Made by a program: the position numbers and the translations under genes. 64,000 bases of DNA from Monocercomonoides exilis PA203. Its lineage: Eukaryota > Protista > Preaxostyla. Below the pieces are notes generated by a model. That model was not told the DNA's origin. It made no database searches and saw nothing but the letters and a program-made list of their open reading frames with translations. Positions 12,557 to 23,650 of this stretch are shown piece after piece; the first letter of the stretch is position 1, and each line of letters begins with the position of its first letter. The DNA lies in assembly GCA_001643675.2 (NCBI GenBank), contig LSRY02000060.1:248001-312000 (forward strand), read 5' to 3'.

Positions 12557-13434
12557 TTATGATGTGCGTCTCCAAAATGCTAAATAAATTGCAAGAGGAT
12601 CAATTGTGTGTGTATGACTATTTCTGCCTCCTGTTGTGCTGATACTTGTGGTATGTTTATGGCTTCCTCCAACTTCTGTGAAAAAATGTGTTTCACTTGA
12701 TGAATTCCAATTAAATTCCATACCAAGGATATTTCCAGGTGATCCGATACTCTGTAATGGATGATATAAAGCATGTGTGTGTTCTCCACTGTTATTAATT
12801 GTGATGCTGTGACTATGACTTGGAATTTGAGAAGTTGTTAATGTCGTTGCACCAGAAGTTGCTGATCCAGATGTCGAGCCTATCAAAACTGCAGAAGATG
12901 CAGCTCTTATAAATCTTCCATTTGTCATCATTTTCCACGATGTTCCTGGATATGTTTTTGATGGATCTGAAGCATCATATTTAATTATTACACTGTTTAT
13001 AGGATAAATTGCATCAACAATTGTTGTTAATGATATCTGTTTTGCATCAATTTCTGATTTATTATAATAATTCTCAAATGATATTTGTTCTTTCTCGATT
13101 TCTAATAATTCTGTTCCATCCCACCAGTAATCAGGATCATTAGTCTCTTTTATATAAAACGTTTGTCCAGTTTGTAATGTATTTACATTATCTTGAATGG
13201 AAAGCCATTGACACATATTTTCATAACTGTCAAACACTCTTGCTTTATATCCAACTTTAGCATTCAGTTCATCAAACATATATCGATTCAAGTCTTGATT
13301 TGCTGTTATTGATTCTTTAATATTTTTTATGCTTTCATTTATTCTTTCTTTCACTTTATCGATATTCTCTAATGAATTATTTATTTCTTTTATATTTTTG
13401 TCAACATTATTGAAATTCTCTAGTGATTCATTTA
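12557..13434 (-). pseudogene. 3' part of phage tail-fibre/collar-like protein 2 (split by the Helitron)
   Basis: AIYPINSV..DPSKTYPGTSW..GRFI..TLTTSQIPSHSH..EHTH..SHKH..SHTH..FWRRTS resembles phage tail-collar/T4 gp10-gp12-type C-termini. Joins in frame to 46918-47044 when the Helitron is removed. Confidence 0.8.
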
Positions 13435-14040
13435 TCTATTGTAATACTTAAAAACATGAATTTGGCTCCACATCTCAGATTTTTTTTATATTTTGTATAT
13501 GTGCAGTTCACCATGTGTTGACCCCATATTCGACCCTTATTCTGCCAACTGCCCCACATCTGGCTGGATGTTATTAAAAAAAGTCGAAAAAGATCAAAAA
13601 TGTGACACTCATATCTGGATTCTCAGAAGGCTCTGCAACTTCGTTTTATTTTTATTTTGTTAATTGGATTTTTCCCACGCAACATACCAAAATTTATTAG
13701 AATCGCTTTGTCCGTTGTTTTTCTGCAATTTTTCAAACATGAATATTTTTGTCATTTACAGAACGAATACAGATTTTAATTGCACAAGCTTTTCATTAAT
13801 TATTAACATGCATTTCATGTGTAATTCTCCAAAATAATGTCAAATATTCTTTATTGAATCATATTCAATCATTCTGACAGTATTGATTAACAAATTTTAT
13901 TTGAAGTTAAAAATCTTAATTTCATCTTTGTTCAATTTTATAATTATAATAACTTCTTATATACAGAAATGTTTGTAATAAACTAAACCTCCTCGTCACC
14001 CTGAAAAACAGAATCATTCGTCAGTCACTTCGTCACTCTG

Positions 14041-14042
<2 letters not shown>

Positions 14043-14117
<75 letters not shown>
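14043..14117. repeat. (ATT)n microsatellite
   Basis: Perfect trinucleotide run just inside the hAT left end. Confidence 0.95.
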
Positions 14118-14119
<2 letters not shown>

Positions 14120-15843
14120 TTCAAATATCATATAATAATAACTTGATTTTATTTTATGCAATCAATTATTGTATTTGATAATGTTTAAAAAAAGAAAAAA
14201 TGTTCAAATGGACCCATTTTAAAATTTTTAAAGTTTTTTGTCTGTCTTTTGACAATGGAAAACAACAAATTCTTTTAATTTTTGATAGAGATAATAAGGA
14301 ATGATGCACACCTCAATAATTAATTTGAAAATTATTTTCGAACATTCTGGGTTTCAACGGGAACAGAAACATTTTTTTTATAGATAAGCATCGTGGAAAA
14401 ACATGATGTCATTATTCATAGTCTGAGAAAATAGAAGTTGAAACTTTCGCAAGTTTGATCAAGAATTTGCAATCTCTTTATCCATCCTTTTTATTTTATT
14501 TTATTGTTTTGCTTTTGTTATTTAATATCTTTAATTTTTTGCTTTAAAACATATCTTCAATGCACTGTTCATGGTTTTTTTCAACTTTTTCTTTCTTTTA
14601 TTTCATCACCACTTTTCTTCAGCAGTAAACAGAATACAATAATTGTGAAAATTACTTTCACAATTTTTTTTTTATCCATTATCATCTTATTTCAGTTCTT
14701 TACCTCTCAGTTCTCTGACTACTGTGATTTTTCATTCATTGTACTCTGCCTTTCAAAACAAAATTCATTCATGTTGTATCAACTCATGCTCAGCCTCCTC
14801 CCCATCGAATAATTCGTCTTCTGCGGTTGGCGACTTTTTTTAGCCAGGGCGGTGGCATTGCTTTGAAAAGAAAGCACTCAGCACCTTCGTGAAGTGCGTC
14901 TTTGATGCAACCATGGTCTCTTCAGCAGAGTGCAAACAGTGAGACAACTACTGAAGATCATTGCACTTAAGACTCCATATCACGCACACATTAATGAATA
15001 GCTTCACTTCTTTTTTCTAACGCTTATTCAAAATCATTTTCTTTTTTCTGTGCTTTTCATCCTCTTCGATCTTCGTCAAACAAGCAAAAGAATTTCAATT
15101 GGAATTTCTGCTCTTCTTTTTCTTCCTCGTCTCCCTTCTTTTCTTTTTCTTTGTTATTTTTGTTATTATTGTTTTCTTTTTTTCAAAAAATCAAATTTGA
15201 TTCAATTTTTGTTGGGAAATCCTCGATATTTGTTTTTTAAATTGAGAAATTTCCTTTCATCTTTTCCTTTATTTAAGTTTTTTTGATAATTGTGTTTAAT
15301 GTTAAAAATCGTTATATCATTTGCTCCCTTGTGCTTTTATTTATAAAATGACGTAAAGTTGACCCCAACTTCCAATCAATTAAATGTTTAAAAAGTTATT
15401 ATTAAAATATTGGATAAAGGATACTCTGAGCAATTTAGAACATTGGCATTTTTGCATGGAATTGAAAATAACATTATCTTGCCATTTTTGAAACAAAATT
15501 AAATTTGTAATTCCATGAATGTGCGTTAATATTACCATTTTTTCAAAAACATAAACTGAATGAAATTTTCTATCTTTTTAAAAATCATCTTTTTTTGTAT
15601 ATAAAACGCACCAGTATTTAACGTATTCACTTTCTCAATGAACACCGAGGCCCCTTTTCGTTTGCATCTTATCATTTGCATTATCCCTTTTTGACAATAA
15701 ATAATGATCATGATATTTTATTTTCATTTTTATATATGAGGAACTTTGTGCGTTCGACTCTTTTGAACAAGTCATTTGTTCCGACATGCATATAATTTTA
15801 TTCTAGGCTTGAAGTTATTCCTCCTTGAAATGCTGATCAGTCC

Positions 15844-16820
15844 ATGGAAATTGACAGTTACATCAATTTTCAACTGATTGCGAAAATGTCTTCCAAATTT
15901 AGATCTGCTTTGAAAAAGAATACACAAGCATACTGCAAATTTTATGAGAATGAGAAGAAAAGAGATGCAGATTCATTTTTCACTGCGATACAGACAGCTG
16001 TGATGGAACCTTCATTCTTTCAAGCAACCGAAGAGAAAGACTATTTGCGCAGCATGGAACGTAACCGGTTCTTCGGAATGTGCCATCTCGATCTCATTTG
16101 CAGCAACGACATTGAATTCTGGTGATCCACCGAACACTTTGTGAAAGAGGGCACAGAAGATGATTTTCCGAAGCAGGACATGATTGCGCTGGCAGAGCTG
16201 TGGAAAGAAGGCTTCGGGTGGCTGGTGCCTGACGGGGCAGCGGTGTTCTTTGCGAAGTGGGAAGATGGAAGCATTTTGGACGAGGCGCCGCCTCCGGCTG
16301 TGAAGCGGGTGTTTGCGATGCTGCAGACGAAGACTCTTTTTCCGGTGAAGAAGAACTTTATGCTGGGAGTGCTTTTTTACTGCTATCCCTCCTTGAAGAA
16401 GGAGAACAGCAGCATTTTTGACACGGCAGAGGGAAAGGAAAACAGAACGACTACAATCAACTCTGTTGCACAGCATGTGGCAAATGAGTTGAGACAAGCA
16501 AATGAACAGACAAATTATGTCAAAGAGAAGAAGGCAAAGAGAAAGAGAAAAATAATGAGAAAGAAGAAGACAAAGAAGAAAACAAAGAAGATCTCAAAGA
16601 CGCAGCAGCCAGAGACACAGAGCTGTCAGATGTGGAGCTGCTTCAGGCCGAACTGCAGCTGGCGTGTGAGTACATTGAAGAGAATGCATTCAACTATTTT
16701 GGCTCTGTCTGGTCGAAATACTGGCTGGCGAATGTGTTTGTGACGAAGCAGCTGTTTGAGGAGCAGATGCGCCTGTCACTCAGAGAGAAAGGAGCAGCTG
16801 TGTTGCAAAGGGGAAGCTAG
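15844..16820 (+). pseudogene. Cargo gene of unknown function inside the hAT element
   Basis: ORFs 15844..16125 and 16141.. are in one frame separated by a TGA, then frameshift into 16632..16820. GC-richer, complex protein-like sequence running into poly-Glu/Asp-type repeats. Confidence 0.5.
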
Positions 16821-16839
16821 AGAGAAGGAGATGAAAGGA

Positions 16840-16904
16840 AAGAAGAAAAAGAAGAAGAAGAAGAAGAAGAAGAAGAAGAAGAAGAAGAAGAAGATGAAGA
16901 TGAA

Positions 16905-16959
<55 letters not shown>

Positions 16960-16976
16960 GTTGTGAAGGAGAAGAG

Positions 16977-17008
<32 letters not shown>

Positions 17009-17394
17009 ATTAGAAACATTCGAAGAAGAGGAGGAGGAAGAATTTGAAGTAGAATTTGAAGAAGTATTATCAACATTTACTTCACTTAATGAAGAAGAAA
17101 GAGAAGAAGAAGAGGAAGTAAAAGAAGATGAAGGAGAAGAAGGAGAAGGAAAAGAAGAAAAATTCGAAGAATAAGAAGAGCTTCCATGAGCAGAAGGAGG
17201 GGTGGGAGGGAGAGGAGTGAAAGAAGAAGAATGAATGCCGGAGGAAGAAGGAGAAAGAGGAAGAGGAAGAGGAAGAGGAAGAGGAAGAGGAAGAGGAAGA
17301 GGAAGAGGAAGAGGAAGAGGAAGAGGAAGAGGAAGAGGAAGAGGAAGAGGAAGAGGAAGAGGAAGAGGAAGAGGAAGAGGAAGAGGAAGAGGAA
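16840..17394. repeat. Compound microsatellite: (GAA)n, (GAT)n and 23 x GAGGAA (17257-17394)
   Basis: Directly visible tandem repeats. Confidence 0.95.
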
Positions 17395-18511
17395 GATGGA
17401 TATGACAGTTATGCAACAAAAAGTGCGTTTAATGACAATTGGCAAGTGGCAGAGAAGCCGATGAGAATGTTGGGGGCGAGTGGGAAGCAGCCAGATCCTT
17501 CGCTTTTTGAGCTGATTGAAACATCTTCTATTTCCATTTTCTCTCAAAATGTGCCAATTTACCAGACGCTGGATGCATTTCGCTCGACTCTTTCGGAGTC
17601 TTCGCATGAAACAAGTGAAAATACAAGTCATTCCCTTTCATCATCATCATCATCATCAGTTGGCTCATTGCCTTTTTATTACTCTTCGCCAAGCAACATG
17701 AATGCACGAAATTCTTCATTCACTTCTTTTTCTTCTTCTCCTTCATCATCATTTTCTTCTTCTTCTTCTTCATTTTCTTCTTCTAATCTTCAACCAGAAA
17801 TTTTGAATGGCAAGATCCTCCATAATCATTTTCAAATCTTGTTTGGATTAACAGATGTCTCTTTATAGTTTTTTCACTATTTTGAAACTTCAAAACTCCC
17901 ACATCTATTTTTCCTTCTTTCTGCATTGCACTCCCATTGCAACACAATATCCCGCACACGCTTTTATCACTATGTTTTCTTCTTCGTGCTTGACTATTCT
18001 AAAGCAACAATCCCACTTGAATCTAACTCATTCAACAATCTCTTCTTCGTTTGCTCAGTCCACGTCTGTGACTTCTCACGAATAAAAAGTTAAACCCTCG
18101 CTGACATTCCGCTAAAAGATTAGAAAGAAGATGCGCTTTCACTTCTTTCATGCGAGTTGTTCATCATCTACGTCCGACTTTTCTTCCCACTCTTGTTAAT
18201 ACAGAGCAGAGAAATGAATATCTGTTCCTTGAAGCAACGATAACTCTGTCGGTGAGCTTATCTTTAAGAATTCAACAGTTGCTGTACGGATGATAATGGA
18301 GATGGATCTATTGGAACGAGAAGAAGGAAGTGAAAGCGCAAGGAGTGAAGCGGCTGATGCACCAGAAACTATTTGTGTGGAAGTGCTCAGAGATTGAAGA
18401 ATGAATGAATGTTTCAATTTTGGTAATAAAATATGAGAAGACATATGTTTATTCGCATGTTAATGATAAACCTGAAATGAAAATGAAAGGAACAAGGAGT
18501 TTAATATTTTA

Positions 18512-21145
18512 TTAAATATGCAACAAGCAGTTCAAAGTGTCAATTGACAAACTCTGACGTCTTTCTCCCACAATTCTTCGAGCCCTGGAAAATAATCTTT
18601 CACAAAAACATTCGCTACAAGGAGATTGAATTAGGCAGTATGCAAATGATGAGTAAATTTTGTGAATATCGCTTTTTCGAAACATATTGGAATAATAAAT
18701 GAATGAATCATCTTCAATCACACATTTTTCAGTTTCCTTTTTTTCCAAAGATCTCTGAAACAACAGCAAACAACCTTCAATTATTTCTCCTTTTTCTTGA
18801 CCAATAAAACTTTGAAAAGTCTCCCTAAAGCTGCAGGCCATCCTCCCATGCCAATCTCCAAACACTGCATCAAAAATATCGAGCATCGTTTTTTCTTCCA
18901 GTTCGAAATTATGTGAATGGATTCTTTTCACTGATCCAAACGTCCCAAGGCACATTACATCATCATTTTCAACATATTCCACCTCCAGTTCATGAAATTC
19001 ATCATTTGTTGAGCAACAACATTCTTCCTCCTCATCCATAATATTGACACTTTTCTGTTGTTCATCAAAATTTGTCTTCTTTTCTTCATTGGAATGACGA
19101 GTATTATCTATAGGCTTTCTTTCATCAAAATCTTCCATATATTCATCGTCAATTGCTTCGTTTTCTGCGCATAACAATCCGAACAGATCTTCATCATACT
19201 CTTCGTCTGATTCGTCCGTGCTGCTTTCCATCTCCATTGATTGTGAGCTTGTACGAAGAGTTTCAATGAAATTCAATAAATCAATAAAAATAATTTTTGA
19301 GCTTTTTTGGAAATTTTGTTGATCATTAACAAAAGGAATCAAACCAAATTCATCATTCATTGAGAAAATATATTTTTGTTTGTATAGCCTTTCTTTTTGG
19401 ATGTTTTGCATCGTTTCGCTAAATGCAGTGGCTGACAATAAAGAAACTGAAGATTGCAATGAAGCTGGAGAAATTGAGCCGGATAAATCGTTTGTGGATG
19501 AGCTCTGGATGTGTTCCTCCAAAATGCTTGCACTTGCACATGCTGATGTGGCAGATGAAGAAAAACTCGAAGATAATTGATATTCCGCAGAAGGAGAAGA
19601 TTCTAAAAAAGAAAATGAATGAAAATCAAATTTATCAAAAGAAATACCTCCTTTTTCTTGTGCTTTTTTTCCCTTCATAGTTTTCACAACTCTTGGATCC
19701 AAAATAAAACAGCTGTTTCGAAAATTTGCAGCTCCTACTGGCTTTAGAACATATGATAAAGCGTGCAAACTTCCTCGATTATCTGCAAGCGTGTAGTTAA
19801 ATAATAAAACAAGAATGTCTGTCAAAGCGTTATGCCAATTCTGTTCATGAAATAAATTTGTTGAAAAGAGAGAATAATAAACTGTGAATGCAGAAATCAA
19901 ATCTGGAAAAACATCACTCAGCTTTGCTTCATTTTTTTCAAATGATAAATGAAGGATTTGAAGCGGAAATAAGAGAATTTCCGTTAAAGCAAATGATATT
20001 TGTTCTTCATTATTCAACAGGCCTAACTCTTTAATTGTGTTTGCATGCATTCGAATAAATAAACATATTTGATACAAAGCAAGCCACCGTGTGCTTACAA
20101 ATGTTGGGCATCTTTTATGAAGTTTTTTTTGGTTGGAAGATAAATGGGCTTCCTGACAAAAATGTAACAGAATGTTTTTTACTTTCGATAATGTTGAATT
20201 TTCTGAAAATGAATGAACAATAACAAGATTGACAAGATGATTGAGACAATATATGACAATTGGTTTTGGTTCCTTTTCCATGATGGATTTAACCAATGGA
20301 TTTTTATGATCATGACTTGAGAGTTTGTTCAATGTTATCATTTGTGATTTTAGTCCATCAACACAAAAGCCTCGAACCACTGCTCCAACGGAATGAAGAT
20401 CAACAATTATAGAACTGCATAAATTGTAGAAATCATCTTGTGTTTGACATCCATTGAATAATTTCCAAAATAATGGAATTGATTTTGGAAATAATGGAAC
20501 AATTCCGATTGCCATGTATTTTTTCCCTCCAATAATTGCACCGTCCATTATAACAAAAACAGGTTGATTTGCGACTGATTCATGCAGCCTTCTCATTTGT
20601 GAGATTTCTTGCTTTTTTAGCATAATAGCGATTTTCTTTTCACTGAGAACTGGAAAAATGTCTCCTCTTTTCGATTCAGGGTTTGATTGTGAAGCATGAA
20701 TGAGAGAAGTGATGAAATTATTTAATTCCTTTGAGGCAGCCGAAAGAAATGAAATATTGCACTGCTTGATAACCTTGAGGAAATCGTTGAGTAACTCAAA
20801 TTTTGCGTTGTTTGCAGATCGAGAAATTGATTCAATCACTCTTGTTTCTGAATTGACTGAATGGTTCGAATGAGAGAAAAAATCAAGAATTGAAGAAGAT
20901 TGATAAATAGGACAAATATGGCTATATATAAGTTTCGAATCTTTTCTTCCAGTTGCAGCACAGTTTTGTCCATTTTTGGAATTAGGACAAATGAAAAGCC
21001 GATGTACTCCTTTTGCCGAAAAGGTGGTCACTGATTTTGGAGAGAATGAAATGAAAAGTTTTCCATTAACCTGTTCAAATTTCAGTTTCGTCATATACAT
21101 ATTCTTATCTGTTGGATGCTGATAATCTTGTGGAAAATTTGGCAT
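18512..21145 (-). CDS. hAT family transposase, 877 aa, uninterrupted
   Basis: VIMDG (D), FCVDG (D), YCLNH (CxxH), STRW, C-terminal dimerisation motif PCSECFCERLFSRARRIVGERRQSLS (E). N-terminal C..C..H.C zinc-finger-like region. Confidence 0.93.
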   Translation of the reverse strand: MPNFPQDYQHPTDKNMYMTKLKFEQVNGKLFISFSPKSVTTFSAKGVHRLFICPNSKNGQNCAATGRKDSKLIYSHICPIYQSSSILDFFSHSNHSVNSETRVIESISRSANNAKFELLNDFLKVIKQCNISFLSAASKELNNFITSLIHASQSNPESKRGDIFPVLSEKKIAIMLKKQEISQMRRLHESVANQPVFVIMDGAIIGGKKYMAIGIVPLFPKSIPLFWKLFNGCQTQDDFYNLCSSIIVDLHSVGAVVRGFCVDGLKSQMITLNKLSSHDHKNPLVKSIMEKEPKPIVIYCLNHLVNLVIVHSFSENSTLSKVKNILLHFCQEAHLSSNQKKLHKRCPTFVSTRWLALYQICLFIRMHANTIKELGLLNNEEQISFALTEILLFPLQILHLSFEKNEAKLSDVFPDLISAFTVYYSLFSTNLFHEQNWHNALTDILVLLFNYTLADNRGSLHALSYVLKPVGAANFRNSCFILDPRVVKTMKGKKAQEKGGISFDKFDFHSFSFLESSPSAEYQLSSSFSSSATSACASASILEEHIQSSSTNDLSGSISPASLQSSVSLLSATAFSETMQNIQKERLYKQKYIFSMNDEFGLIPFVNDQQNFQKSSKIIFIDLLNFIETLRTSSQSMEMESSTDESDEEYDEDLFGLLCAENEAIDDEYMEDFDERKPIDNTRHSNEEKKTNFDEQQKSVNIMDEEEECCCSTNDEFHELEVEYVENDDVMCLGTFGSVKRIHSHNFELEEKTMLDIFDAVFGDWHGRMACSFRETFQSFIGQEKGEIIEGCLLLFQRSLEKKETEKCVIEDDSFIYYSNMFRKSDIHKIYSSFAYCLIQSPCSECFCERLFSRARRIVGERRQSLSIDTLNCLLHI

Positions 21146-21855
21146 TAATTAAAAAAGTTAATAAACAAAATGAAAGTTAAATCAAACATTGTGAAAATTC
21201 AAATTCATTCACTCTTTTAAGTTTTATAAATTCGCACTTTGCTTTATTTAAATCAATCATGGTGTTTCTGAATAATAAATCCTAACAAAAAGACATATCA
21301 AAAGAGATCAAGAGATCTAAACCATCCAAAAAAATGTTTAATGAGGCAAACTATGTCTGGATCTTTGATTGACCGAATTAATTCTGTCAAACATTCATTT
21401 TCATCAATTTGGTTTTGCAACATTATTCAAGAACAGTTAGTTTCCAAAATGACAAATTACTTGAAAATGACGTCAGTGACAGGCTGTGCCAGAATTATCA
21501 AAAAATGACAAATGATCAAAAAAAGTGACGATCAAAAAAGTCCGTATCTGAAAAATTCATCAACTTTTCCATAACGAAAATTTTTCAAAAGTTAATTTTT
21601 GAAAATCAATTTGTCAGCAAATAACATAAATAATGTTATGAAACTGAAAATATTTCAATAGATATAAAATGTCTAAGTTATCAAAATAAATAAATTTTCT
21701 CGTTTGAAAAAAGTGACATTTAAATTTTTGATTTGTCAGTCACTTTTAAAAAAAGGCTCGTCACTGGAGGGGTGACGAGGAGGTTTATAATAAACATTTG
21801 AATTTTATATTTGTATTTGATATTTCACAAAGTTGTTTTAAATAGTTCATCGTAT

Positions 21856-21926
21856 ATGAACTGCAAGAAGAGAAGCAATAGAGGAAGGCCGAAAAAGCGA
21901 GGGAGAGGAAGACCAAAAGTTAATAA
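21856..21926 (+). CDS. Helitron RepHel exon 1 with two AT-hook motifs
   Basis: MNCKKRSNRGRPKKRGRGRPKVN. GT donor at 21927, branch-like GCTAAT and AG acceptor at 40095. The splice is in frame with the 40109 ORF (..VNK SKTQLKVVK..). Confidence 0.8.
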
Positions 21927-23029
21927 GTATCCTTTAATTTCAATATGTCTCAAGTTACACTTATTTTATTAATATATGGGTGATTTTTTATGATATCATA
22001 AAAAATTCCGACGTTTGATCATAAAAAATTTTCATTGAGGGTGGGGTTGATAAGAAAAAAGAAAGTGATGATCTCACAAATATATTGCTCTAATTATTAT
22101 TATAATTATTTATTTGTTGATTTTAATTTGTTTCCAATTGTTTTAATTACAAATTTTGAAAAAAACCAAAAAAATATTATTCTATAAATATCAAAACTGA
22201 AGCAAACAGAACGAAACACACGTTCAAACGTTAATAAAACACGATAAATATTATTCCAATGCGTTATTAATCTATTTCTTATTTAAATATTTGCAAAATA
22301 ATGTCATTGCAAAGAAATCATAAAATTTATTTTGTTGATCATAAAATTTTTGTTGTTTACAAAAAATTTTCAAAACAAACATTGCAAATTTGATAGAAAA
22401 AAAGGCATTAATCGAATAAACAACAATTTGTTGTTTATACATGTTAAAAACAAACAATTCTTTTTTAAAAGTCATTTTGAATAATTGATCAACGTTGTCA
22501 AGAGAAATAAAAGAAAAAATCTATGAAATTCATGCTCCACTTTTAACACTGAAAAAGATTTCACCTTGCAACCGTTCTCACATCATTTTCCTCATCTTTA
22601 AACCTTCCGCACCCCACTCATTCTCATTTCACTTCTTTTTTTTATCATTTTATATCTAGACATTCACCACTTCAGCTTCTTTCCTTTTGTCGCACTGATT
22701 CTTTTCCATGCAGGTTCTGCAAACACTCCTATCGTCTACGATGGCTGATGAAGAAGAAGGGCGTGTGCCCATTGATCCAACTGCATCTCCGCTGTCTCCT
22801 TGAATGGGCTATTTCTCCACATCGCAGCTGCATCCACTTTCACCGTACTTGTATCTCATCTATTTGCTTTCTCTTTCTTCGCTGATTCTTCACAAGTGGC
22901 CGTCTTCCCGTCTGCTCTGACCAGCTCAACAGCTTCGAGACTGAGTGCCTCAGAACCCAGAACAGCCTTCACTTTTGACTCATCAAACATCTGCAACATC
23001 GTGAGTTCAGGTGACAGAAAGGTTCTTGT

Positions 23030-23650
23030 GTGAACAACTCGTGGAAGCGAAGATACTGTTGAGGGCTGACAGCAATGATGCGCCTTCATAACGATTATTC
23101 ACGGCTTATTTCATCGGCACACATCTTCACACAGTACATATGCTCCCATTCAATAAGCATAGGCATTGACCATTTATCGATTGGAAAAAGCGTGAAAGCG
23201 CCCCTTCCATACCTCTCTTTATCTCCACCTCCACTTTGCATTGAATGATTCCTTCGTGGCTAAAGATTTATTTCTCAGATGCCCAACATCCCCAACCAAA
23301 TCAACGAGTCCTTCTTTTCCATCAACGTCATCCAGCCCTCTCTCTCCAAAAACACCTTTTCTGCGGCTCCGACTCCTGCTCTCCCTCCCTCGACACCGAT
23401 CCAGATGTCTATATCCTCCCATTTCATCACCTTCTACCGCGCCCACCAGATATTCGTTTGCCGAGACATACACCATCTATAATGTCCGATTCGAATCAGT
23501 CACTGGAAGCCTTGTTCTTGTTCACTTCACCACATATATTCCGTTTTTGTTAAGTTTCTCAGCGCTTCTCTCATATAAAAGCCGGATCTCCTTCCGTTCC
23601 TCTTTATCGTCCATACGCTATTCTGTCTTTAACCTTGATGAATAATACTT
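23030..23650 (-). pseudogene. Possible decayed AlkB-like 2OG-Fe(II) dioxygenase domain
   Basis: With one frameshift and several stops: VSANEYLVG..GGYRHLD..LIWLGMLGI*EINL*PRR..GRGAFTLF..EWEH..RRII, matching the motif order NxY / HxD / SLG.R / WxH / R. Confidence 0.3.

Larger units (their letters stand above)
13984..21787 (-). mobile_element. hAT DNA transposon, 7.8 kb, with cargo
   Basis: 18-bp TIR TAAACCTCCTCGTCACCC / GGGTGACGAGGAGGTTTA. Perfect 8-bp TSD TAATAAAC (13976-13983, 21788-21795). Subterminal GTCAC/GTGAC motifs. hAT transposase ORF inside. Confidence 0.95.

Noticed and set aside
16756-17631. Long poly-K/M/H/S/LP/KR ORFs
   Set aside because: They are by-products of microsatellites that leave several frames open.
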